This document shows, one piece after another, positions 52,877-64,000 of a DNA stretch of 64,000 nt (positions within the stretch are counted from its first letter, which is position 1; each line of letters starts with the position of its first letter). The notes beneath the pieces are model-generated. The model was not told the DNA's origin. It saw only the letters and a list, made by a program, of their open reading frames with translations, and made no database searches. The stretch spans positions 2,046,001 to 2,110,000 of the forward strand of contig NC_043003.1 of NCBI RefSeq assembly GCF_006345805.1, written 5' to 3'. Made by a program: the position numbers and the translations under genes. The stretch is from Octopus sinensis (taxonomy: Eukaryota).

Positions 52877-53197
52877 ATGACGTCTTTGGCAGCACTAGAA
52901 ACAAATGCATCTCCCTTCCGACCAGCACAGCTTTTCACGGTGTATATCACGGATTCTAGCCAAGGGGTTACACAAAATGGACAGTCGTTGTATAGTGATA
53001 CATGGGCAACAAACTCACTCCCAACACAATCTGTTACCTCTAGTTCTTTTCTTAACACAAATATTGGACAGAGTCTTGAGCCATGGGATAATACCATTCA
53101 GGTCTTAAGCTCCAGAGGCCGCAGTCTTAATGTTTTCAATGAAATGTGGTCAAATGGATCTACGATTACTAATCCATCTCTAACCAATATCACACAA
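52877..53197 (+). CDS. Putative first coding exon of an unidentified gene (S/T-rich, with N-glycosylation sequons)
   Basis: 107-codon non-repetitive ORF ending at a strong caa|gtaagt donor. NAS, NGS and NIT sequons. Upstream ATTGG (~52546) and TATAAG (52631). Confidence 0.55.
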
Positions 53198-55820
53198 GTA
53201 AGTCCTTTCTCTTAAAACAAAAACAAAATAGGAAAAAAAAGAAAAAAGGGTCAAGTTTTATTTTCTAAAAAAGTTGCTCAATTTTTTCCCCTTGTTTTTC
53301 TCATCCAAACAGTTTCCTTGATTATTTTGATCAAAACTGATTGTGCATATGTTTGTAACTTTTTGCTATTCAATGAAAGTAATCGGGACGACATTAAATA
53401 TATAATTAATCAGCTAATTAGTGCGTAATTCCTTTGCAATCAAAAACCATTTCTAAAGTATTCCAAAGTCAAATAACTAAATATCTGTAAAAAATGGCGT
53501 AAATCATTCCATGTTTATTTATTCTGCTATACCATTATTAGACTTTTTAGTTTTACACATTACCGTAAACTGATTTTAATATGAGCAAATTGTTTGGGTT
53601 TAGAATCAAAGAAATCTTTGAATTTCTTAGTTCCTTCATATTCTTGCCTGCTCACACCCTTTGATTTTAAATTTAATTTACAAACGATTTTTCATTGTAC
53701 CTGCAAAGTTATGTAAGCAATCATTATTAATATAAGAAATTATAACAGTCTGCCAAGTTGTGAAACTAAGACGAGAATCTTCACACCGTATAGCCTCGAT
53801 TCTAAGAAATTCTAAGTTTAAGTAATTATAGAAATACATACAAACACTAGAGCGCCAGGAACTTTTGCTTAAGTTTATCTACGCGTGTTTATAATAGTAT
53901 TTAAGTAAACATTTTCTTTTAAAATAATTCGAAAAAGACACAGCCAATACGTAACGAAAACACACATACACGAGTATATATGAATGTATATTTGTATGTG
54001 CCTATGTATACATAGAGAATAGGTTTTATTTCCTAATGCTTTTCACCTAACTCTCACACCCAACAGATACATATCGTCGGACATATTTACATCCTTAAAT
54101 TTTCTCATTAGAAAACGACACACCTGTGTCACTTACCTATCTTGAAGGGGTGTCCCCTCTGTCTTTGATCGTGTATCGTTCTAAAAGCATGATTGGAATC
54201 GGCCTTTCTTTATTTGATATTTACGTTTTGACTCCCATTTTTTAAGGATGTTTATCATTAATTCGCTTATTAATTTCAATTCATTCTCACTTTAGGCAAA
54301 GTTGTTTAACCCCAAGGGCACTAGTGGAGGGCAACAGGGGCGGTCCGCCCCTGACAGCACTTTTAAAAAGGCACCACTTTTGGGTCTGCTGTAAGCAATA
54401 TGTATTTTTTTGTGGGGTCCGAGGGCGGCAAACGGAAGGACCGCCGCGGGTGGCACACACTCCAGCTACGCTAATGCCCAAGGGATCAAGGAATTTCAGT
54501 TGTGATCCTTGATACCTAGGACCACGTTATATAGTGTCTTCTTTTTGCTTTAAGCTAGTTTGTAAGATGTGATTTGAGGGCAATTTGGCTGCGACTTCTA
54601 ACGGCCGCCTACAGGTTCTCTCGTCTTAGACATTTAAGAAAGTTATTATTGTCGTTCAATCACAAATTAACTCTGATCGAGCTAACCTACGAACAAAGAC
54701 GTTCCTACCATGACCTCTCATAGCTAGAACTCCATTATTCAGTGTGTCCTCGTTGTAAAGTAGCAGGGTTTGATTTGAGGAAGATTGGACTTATTTCTTG
54801 CAGGTTGAGCGATCACATAGAGCTGGAATTTGCAAACCGGGGCACGTGTACGCAAGGGAAATTATAGAGATCGGTGAGGTTCATAAAAACCTCGGAATTT
54901 TAAAGTCGTCTCAGACAACTTTTCAAAGGTGCCTCTCAGATTTAGTAAAATAGCATTATATAAAAGAAACCGTTTGTTTCGAAGCCATGACTCCAAATAT
55001 AACAATTCTTTCGAGTTTTGGCACAAAGCCATCAATTTTAAGGGGTGACGAACTGTCGATTACATCGAGTTGTTTTATCGACCCCGGAAAGGTGAAAAGC
55101 AAAGGATTTCAAGTTAGAACGTAAAGAGCTGGAAGAAACGCCGCTAAGCATTTTCTCCGGCGTGCTAACGAGTCTGCCAGCTAGTCGCCTTCATTCTGAA
55201 CATATGTTTCAAATTATGGCACAGGGTTAGTAATTTAATAGTAGAGTGTGTGTGTGGGGGGGGGTGAGTAGATTGCATTGACCCAAGTACATGACTGGTA
55301 CTATGTCAACCTTAGGGAGACGAAAAGCAAAGTTAACCCCGGCGGAAATTGAACTTAATCAGAAGAACCGGAAGGAGCGCAGCTCACCGCGTTGACCCCA
55401 AATATGATAATAACGTGGCAGTGTGATAAGGAACTTGCTTCCCAACCATACGGTTCCGTGTTCAGTCCCACTGCGTGGAACCTTGAGTGAGTGCTTTCTA
55501 CTATAGCCTTAGACAAACCAAAGCCTTAAGTGAATTTGGTAGACGGAAACTGAAAGAAGCCCGTCGTATATATCATACATATGTGTATGTGTATCTTTGT
55601 GTCTGTCTTACCACCATCGCTTGACAACCGATGCTGGTGTGTTTACGTCCCCGTAACCTAGCGGTTCGACAAAAGATACCGATGGAATAAGTACCAGGCC
55701 TACAAAGAATAAGTCCTGGAGGCGATTTCTTCGACTAAAATGCGGTGCTCCAGCATGGCCGCAGTCAAAATGACTGAAACAAGTAAAAGAATAAAAGAAT
55801 AATTGTTTTATAATATCCAG

Positions 55821-55897
55821 CTATTCAAGAACAATTCAAGAACAACACCAACATTCCGGACTTCTTATAATCGGATCCAGTTTCCACTAATGTTGAG
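55821..55897 (+). CDS. Putative next exon of the same gene
   Basis: atccag| and ag|gtac. Open in phase 0: LFKNNSRTTPTFRTSYNRIQFPLML. Confidence 0.35.
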
Positions 55898-56870
55898 GTA
55901 CCTGTATATAATTATTTAAATAAACTTTATATTTGTTTAATTTAGAGTGTGTTGACTAAGGTGACCGTCTTTGATTCGGAAAAGTCAGTAATCCGTAAAA
56001 TATTTGGAATCAAAGGTTCCAAAAAGTGATGTTGTACTTGTGTGTTTATCTCAAGGGACACACCAACACTGCCTGAAAAAATAAATGGGTACGCTGGAAG
56101 AAATATGTTCGAGGACCCTTCACGGTCCTTTAGTGACTTGTCTGAAGGGGTTGTTTGGATCGACAGCTACTCAAATGGTCTTTTACTGTTACTCCATTCC
56201 CTTCCAGGAGGCTTTGTAGGAATTTTGAATCCACTGGAAAGTTTAATGGCAAAATAAAATTCCAGGTCGATTTGAACTCAGAATCTTGAAGGTTACAACT
56301 AAAGGCTGCAGACATTTTAGCCCATGTTCCAACGATCCTATCAATCGATAGCCCTCAAATCACATCTTACAAAGAAGGCACACTATATAACGTGGTCCTA
56401 GGTATCAAGGATCACAACTGAAATTCCTTGATCCCTTGGGCATTTCTAATGATCGAACAGAACTATAAACGAAAATGTTCCATCGGTGACCATCCTGTCT
56501 TTTTCTGGATAATGATAGTATTGACCGTGTAATTTCATTTTTTTAAAGACAAAGTCTGGTACTTACTCTACATAGCGTTCTTTTTTGTCGAACCGCTAAG
56601 TCACAGGGACGTAAACACCTGTTGTCAAGCGGGGGAGGGATGCAAACATAAGCACATATGCATATCTACATTTATGTGTGTGTGTGTGTATTGTGTATGT
56701 GTGTGTGTATTGTGTATGTGTGTGTGCGTGTGTGTGTGTATTGTGTGCGTGTGTGTATGTATGTATGTATGTATATCGTTGTTTTTAGAAACTGGTGAAG
56801 GCCAGTTGATAGGATTACCCTGGGTTTCTCCCTCCATATTTTAAAGACACCATGGGCCAACAGGTCTTAG

Positions 56871-56924
56871 GGTCTGAAGATACGCCATAAAGATACCCTT
56901 TATGACGAGAAACTCAGGGTAACC
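56871..56924 (+). ncRNA. Type I hammerhead motif related to the 34160 motif
   Basis: ggt | CTGAAGA | ta cg c cataaag atacc ctttatg a cg a | GAAA | ctcaggg | TA | acc. Partial inverted copy at 56791-56830. Lies in the microsatellite core of a SINE. Confidence 0.68.
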
Positions 56925-56989
56925 GATAAACCGGCCTTCACCAGTAATTAATAAATAACTACACACACATAGACACACACACACACACA

Positions 56990-57039
<50 letters not shown>

Positions 57040-60000
57040 ATATATGTATGTATATACGGCGGTCTTCTACATAGTTTCCGTCTACCAAATTCACTCACAA
57101 AGCATTGGTCAGCCGAGGGCTATAGTTGAAGATATTTGTCCAAGATGCTACTCAGTGGAACTAAACTCGAAACCACATACCCAAAGTTACATTTAGATAT
57201 ATTTATGCTGGTTTCCTAAAGACACCAATAATTCCTTAGTTTGTGCTTCTTTAACGACTTGGAACGAGACTTTGTGTTAAGGCCGAAACAATTCAGTCAT
57301 TTTAGCCATTCAAAGAATACGAAAAGAAAGGAAAACCCTGTTACGTTCGTTTTTTGCTAAATTCTTAAGATATCAAAATTTTCGTCGCACTTCTGCGGCT
57401 CTGGTCCCAGACACGATTCCACTGCAGCCGTTTGGTCAGGATATATATTCTTTTATTCTTTTACCTGCGTCAGTCGTTAGATTGCGGCCATACTGCGGCA
57501 CCGCCTTGAAGAATTTCAGTCGAACAGATCGATCCTAGTACTTTTATTTTAGGTCTGGTACTTACTCTATTGGTCTCTTTTCTTTTGTCGAACCGCTAAG
57601 TTACGGAGATATAAACGTACCAACACAGATTGTCAGGCAGTGGGGGGGGGAACATACGCCCAAGGTGACATGCAGTGGGGCTGAAACCAGAACCATGTGG
57701 TTGGGAAGCAAACTTCTTACTACCCAGTCAACATTTTTCGGGTTTCATAAAGCAAACCCCAAGTCAATTTTTGGGATCGTCTTCTACGATGTACCCCAGC
57801 CTATGATCTCCCTCTTGAAGACCAGGTTGGGATGGGAAAATCGTCCAGATTAATGCTGCCGACAGCTAGAGCTTCCGAAGAAGCATAGCTCGAGTGGACC
57901 CATGGGGGCCGCTCCACTTCGGCGATGCGCTTTTATGAATACAGCCCTTTTGGGACTGCTGTGTAAGCCTGTTTAGGGGACAATAAATTCAAGGGTAATC
58001 CGGGGCGGCACACATCCTAGTTACGTCACTGCTTCCGCGAGAAACTTTGCTTAGCAAAACAACACTACTTTCATAACCATCAGTTGTGCTTAGGGGCCTT
58101 CTCAAAGTTCTTAGCTATTATTTTTATAAAGGTCTCGTCGTTAGTTAACGGGCCCCTCTTTGGCTTTCCGGCCGCGGATCAGTTTTCTCGGTTGATCCTT
58201 CACCCCGACCCCTTGTAGGCTTTGTCGACGACTTACCTCACAGAGACGTCCTGGTGCATTTCCCTCGTCCCCAGCAAACCCAACGAGGAGGTTTCTTTTT
58301 GTCGTTCAATCTGCTAGAAATAGCAGCCAAATGTCTCCGAAATTATATAGTATCATCTTTTAAAAAGGGCACTGGATAACCTCGTCCAGTGTCCACTGTC
58401 TGGGCGAGATGGTCGTAGTTGGAACGTCTTTGATATAGATTTGTTTGTTCAGGGTTGAACTAAGCCCGAATCGACAACGAAGTCTCTACATAAATAATCT
58501 GCTAGAAATAGTAGCCAATTCTCCCTCAAACTACACAAAACAGAATACGTTGGATTATGAAGTGTGGATGTGGAAAAAAAAGGCATGATGGTCATGATAG
58601 GAAGCTTTTTGACTATAATCTCGTTCAGGGCTGACTCAGGGTTAAACAACAATGGAAGTAGCCTACCATAGATGCTATACGGTCGACTGACCGACTAGAA
58701 ATTGTAGCCGAAACCCCCTCAAATCACAACCTACTCTTTTAGAAAAGGAGACATTAAATAATCTTCTCTACTCTAGCCACAAGGCCTGGAATTTTGGGGG
58801 AGGGGCCAATTGATAAAATCGACCCCAGTATGCAACTGGTACTTAATTTATCGACCCCGAAAGGATGAAAGGCAAAGTCGACCTCGGCGGAATTAGAACT
58901 CGGAACTTAAAGACAGACGAGGAGACATTAATTAATGTCGTCTTGAGCTCTGAGTCTGTAAGAAAAGGCTGGATGGTCACGATTGAAGAGTCTTGGATTA
59001 TTGATCCAACGCTCGATCGGGGTTGAACAAGAACAAAAAAACAAAACAAAAGAAAAACGGTTTCGTGGAGAAAATGGAGAAGATTTGAGAAAACTCAATC
59101 GGAATATTCTGCAAGAACTCTTGAAATACGCAGATGCCCACTTTACCTATTTTTCTATCTTCGATCGAATTGTTTACATGGACGTATTCATACAGGAAAC
59201 GTCGGAACTTCCAGTGCTGGCTCTGATTTCTATGGAAAACCTTTACAAAGTGATTGAATGGTACTGCCAGTCTAGTTGGGGCAAGTCTCCTCCACTATAG
59301 CCCTGGGGGTCGACCAAAGCCCTTGAGAGTGGATTTGGTAAACGGAAACTGAAAGAAGCCTATCGTGTATGTATATTTGACCTCTACCGCGTTGACAGTC
59401 GGTGTTGGTGTGTTTACGTCCGCGTAACATAACAAACCGATCGAATAAGTACCAGGCTTTAAAAAAAAGTACTAGGGTCGATTCTTTCGACTAGAAATTC
59501 TTCAAGGCGGTGCCCCAGCATGGCCCCAGTTTAATGACTGAAACAAGTAAACGATAACAGATAAAGGAAAAGCTGACTTCGGTTGGATTCGAACCAACGA
59601 AGGAACTTCATTCAGAATGGCTACTCAGCATGCTAGAAGTAGCAGCCAAATCTTCTAGCTACACCCTGATGTATAAAACAGGAGGCAATGGATAACCGTA
59701 TTTTTATCTGTTGCTGGTTTCAGTCATTGGACCGCAGCCATACTGGAGCAACACCTTTAAAGGTTTAATCGAACAAGTCCACCCCAGTACCTATCTTTTT
59801 TTCTTAAATTTCATTCTATTAATGTTTTACCGAATCGCAAATTTGAAGAGACGTAAACAAACTAACATTGGCTGTCAAATGGTGGTAGAGGGCAAACACA
59901 CACACAGAGGATGAGCTTCCACACAATTTTCGTTTACCAAATTCACTCACAAGGCATTGGTCAGCCCAGGACTGTAGATGAAGAGACTTGTCCAAGGTCC

Positions 60001-60679
60001 CTGCTGTCAATTCCAAATGCTTTTATACTTTTTATCAGCTGGAGAGCTACATAGATGGTCTGGCAACTAACACTAGAGTTGTTTCCCTTGCTTCTATGTT
60101 CTTGTCGGTGCAGCACAGAGTTTGGACTTTGTTTGGAACAAAGAAGCATTATCGATGCTACATCGTAGACAAAACCCCCACGGAATAAATCTATAGGTAT
60201 ACCAAGTTAAAGCAAAATTCTTTCAAACCTGAAGAGAAAATAAACATAGGCACAGGAGTGGCTGTGTGGTAAGTAGCTTGCTTACCAACCACATGGTTCT
60301 GGGTTCAGTCCCACTGCGTGGCACCTTGGGCAACTGTCTTTTACCTCGGGCCGGCCAAAGCCTTGTGAGTGGATTTGGTAAACGGAAACTGAAAGAAGCC
60401 CGTCCTATATATGTATATATGCGTGTCTGATTGTCCCCCCCCCCCACAACATCACTTGACAACTGATGCTGGTGTGTTTATGTCCCCGTAACTTAGCGAT
60501 TCGGCAAAATAGACCGATAGAATAAGTACTAGGCTTACAAAGAACAAGTCCTGGGGTCGATTTGCTCGACTAAAGGCGGTGCTCCAGAAAAAGTGATGGC
60601 CTGTAAAATTGCTGTTTATTCTTCGGATATCACCATCCGTAATGCAAAGGAGAGAAAAAATGAATAAAGAGAGTAGTGT

Positions 60680-60820
60680 GACTGGTCGCTATCAGTTTGT
60701 GCAGGTGGCCATCGAAACCTCAGGTGTTGTCGGCTCCCGTATTGCCCTACTGCTGCAGCGAGGGTCGCTGGCCATTCTCTGCAGCAACGCCTTTGCAATC
60801 CTGTCAACGAGGCATTGTTA
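60680..60820 (+). mobile_element. CRE-like LINE restriction-like-endonuclease remnant
   Basis: YQFVQVAIETSGVVG...SLAILCSNAFAIL, cf. P.A.ET.G..G / RLS.A.QRGNA. Confidence 0.5.
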
Positions 60821-62816
60821 AACATGGCCAATCTGGTCTGGGGTGCATAACCCATTACTCTCTCTCTCCACCATCCTCTTCTACTTAATTCCTCACCTTT
60901 TTTTTTCTTTGTTTCCTTGGTGAGGAAGTTATGGGGCCGAGGAGGGGGGTGTCTCGATAATTGGATCTTTTATGCTTTTAAAGGGGTTTCTTTTCTTTCT
61001 TTTCAAATTGTTTTTAAAACACTCCTTGGTTGGTTACATCAACTAATTCGCTCTAAAGAAGTATCCAGACAAAATACTGGAACAGAAGAGATTGTCAACT
61101 GATCCTGGCTTTCTTTACATTATTTACATTTGACAGATGTTTGTCCCCAAACAACAAACAAGGTAAGGACAAATATCCGTCAAATGTAAATAATTCCTCA
61201 TCTCTTAAATATTGAACTGCATGGCTTTCTTGTTATTTACTGATACACACATCAAGAACAGAGATTATACAATGAGATAAATACAGACACATTAACATCA
61301 AAGATGTCCTCTCCGTCTCTCTCCGCCATCTTGCTTAAATTTAGTTCTCAATGTTTTACCCTCTCCTTCCTTTTCTCTCTCACGTTTCATTTACCTTTAC
61401 CTCTCCTCCACCCCCACGACTTTGTTTCCTCATAGCTTTCCGAAAAACGCATATTCTTTAATGAAATTTTACGAAGATGCCTTTGAGATAGTGTTGATTA
61501 GGATTATATAGGGATTTGTGGTGAAAAAAGAAATTCAGAGTGTGGGGAGAGGAGTTTCAGATAATCCACTTACCACGAATTTTGTTTCGCCTTAACTTTC
61601 AAAAAAACAAAATTTTATTTTCAAATAAAATTTTCCGCAAATTCGTTTCAGAGAGTGTATATTACGATTATGTCTAAGTTTAATGTGGAAATAAAATGGG
61701 ATTGGGTTGATAATCCACACACCTTGACTTTATTTTCTTCCTGTATTTTGAAGAAGAGGGTGAATGATCCAACCCCATCCACCAATTTGGTTTTTTTATT
61801 TCCCCATCAAATCTTATTTAATCGTAGTCTACAGCAACAGAAACGTATTTCTCGAGAATTTTATTCAAAAAAGTATCTATTTCCCCAAAAGTTATGAGGA
61901 AACCAAGTCGGAAGGTGGAACCCATCAGTAGTTAATGCCAGATGGAGTTACAACTCCTCTTGTACAATCAAACTATTTGCAAGTTGACTCATAACCAACT
62001 CCAAACATGCCGAGCATTTTCGTTAATTAGCAGGACACATTTGTAAAGCACAATATGCACCATGTACAACTTCAAATGGAACTGGATAAGAACAGCAAAT
62101 ACCTACAGACTATAAACGTATGATTAAGGCTTCATTAATTTAGCCGAGTCGTTTATTATCGCATTTGCACCAGGAAGTATACACTTCAACGTTTTTCTAT
62201 TTTGTCCCATTAAGCGGAAGGCATACGACTTTTCAGACTGCCATTCAGAGACGATCGCAGTTGTATCAAATAGGATCTGTGTCCATCTTCTGATCTTTTC
62301 ACGAGTATCGACGGACATTGATTAGAGTCTGCGGTTGGTGGATTGTGTCACAGATCTCTCACAGGCATTCACTGAACACTCGCATTAATGCCGTCTTCCT
62401 CCATAAAGGAAACGAACATTAAACATCTAAGAAAATATATCTACATTTTGACTGCTTATTTATGAATAAAAGCAAACAAACAACTTAAGAAGGCTGCGAC
62501 ACAGACATGGCCGTATGGTTAAGAAGCTTAGAAAAGCAACTACGTGGTTTCGGGTTCAGTTACACTGTGCGGCACCTTTGACAAGTGTTTTGTACTATAG
62601 CCTCGGGCTAACGAATCAATCCCTTGTCAGAGAATTTGGTAAGCGGAAACTTAACGAGGGTTGTAAATGAGCATCACTGTCATACAAGCAGTGTCGATCG
62701 TTTCTAATATTCTGCAAAAACTTACCTGGTCATGGAGAAAACCTGCCTCAACAAATTCTGTCTGAAAAACGGACGTTAAACGATGAGGATGCTTGTAAAT
62801 GGATGTATGATGTCAT

Positions 62817-63030
62817 GGAGGGGCTGCGCCGCTAACGGCTCGCATTACCGAGGTGTCAGGTGATGCTCGTTGGGGTGGTTGGCTTCTCCAACGCCTTGGC
62901 CTCGCCGTCGCCTCTGGTGGTGCCGCCAGCGTGTTGGCTTCCGTTAAACCTTGCGCTGTGCGTCCAATTGAGGCAGATCGATGCTGCACTGATGGCTTTT
63001 GTTTTTGTTTTTCGTTTGTATGAATTATTT
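62817..63030 (+). mobile_element. CRE-like LINE 3' remnant
   Basis: GC-rich island encoding RITEVSGDARWGGWLLQRLGLAVASGGAASVLAS. Confidence 0.55.
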
Positions 63031-63489
63031 GTTAAATGGAATTATTTAGTTTCCCAAGAATATCAACTGTTATCTCCCACTTAGATTGTCCAGACACACT
63101 CAAAAGCCTATTTAAAAACAGCACTCATCAGAAAGAGGGGAAAAGGGATTAAACATATTTTTTTACTTCTACAAGAACAGAGATAGGAACAAAAGCAAGA
63201 GAAAAACGATTCCAGATTCAAGTTCTGAAGATATTCCTCATTCAAAACAAACATTTGGATGCAGACATAAAAATAAACACCTTCGTTTCATAAAGAATAT
63301 AACAACAAGTAACAGCAATAATTCATTTCCTATACAACTAAAATCGGATTTAGAAATAACTAAATATCTAAAAATGGGTATGAGACGTTTTGGCACAGCC
63401 GTTTTGGCACCACCTCTTTGGTGTCACTGATTATATCATCATCCTCATCATTATCAATTATCATGCTTTTTTTTGTGAATTCTCCCCCT

Positions 63490-63559
<70 letters not shown>

Positions 63560-64000
63560 TTAGGGCCAAAAAAAATCCACTAGGTGGATAGCCATATGCT
63601 AGAAGAAGATCACATACGATCTAACTACAAAGAAAGAATGTTCTCCAGAGAAAATTCAGCAAACACCGGAACATAGACGGGCAAGACAGATGAAAATTAC
63701 AAAAAAATCAAGAATTAATCGTAGATTCATCAGTACGATCGTTCCACATACAACATAATATAATTTGTAAAACTAAACACTAGTTTTCTATATAAAACCA
63801 GACACGTGCTTAGTTTCACCGATTACATATATATCATCATCATCATCATCTTTAAACATCTGTTTCCCATGCTGGCATGGGTTGAACAGTTTGACTGGAG
63901 CCAGCATGTAAGAAGACTGCACCAAGCTCTTCTCTCTGTTGTGCCCATGGTTTCTACAGTTGGATGCCTCTTCCTTATGTCAACCACTTTACAGAGTGTA

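Noticed and set aside
58983-59300. 105-aa ORF
   Set aside because: Non-ATG start, runs into a SINE, and has no recognisable motif or clear splice sites.
60039-60196. Exon-like block with good acceptor (tttttatcag) and donor (ag|gtatac)
   Set aside because: All three frames contain a stop before the donor and no product is recognisable. It could still be terminal or non-coding.
62124-62318. 64-aa minus-strand ORF faintly resembling a transposase segment (TTAIVSEW..SY)
   Set aside because: Similarity is too weak, with no TIRs or catalytic motif found.

Overview
Eukaryotic, AT-rich, repeat-dense genomic DNA. The SINE families, microsatellite load and gene structure suggest a cephalopod, probably Octopus (inference). 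Positions 195-20183 (+) hold the last 10 coding exons (about 528 aa, frame-consistent GT-AG junctions) of a microsomal triglyceride transfer protein large subunit gene (MTTP). A possible second, unidentified + strand gene with an S/T-rich, N-glycosylation-site-rich first exon starts near 52877. The rest is tRNA-derived SINEs, LINE fragments (CR1-, RTE-, R4/Dong- and CRE-like), mariner and Tc1 fossils, MITEs, and a 5'-truncated Penelope-like element with an open GIY-YIG ORF. The most notable signal is about 10 type I hammerhead-ribozyme-like motifs from several sequence-unrelated small elements. They sit in (TA)n/(TG)n microsatellites, often as fold-back palindromes or a tandem dimer, and several have variant cores and an unpaired stem II closing position. 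All folds were read by eye and none is experimentally or computationally verified.
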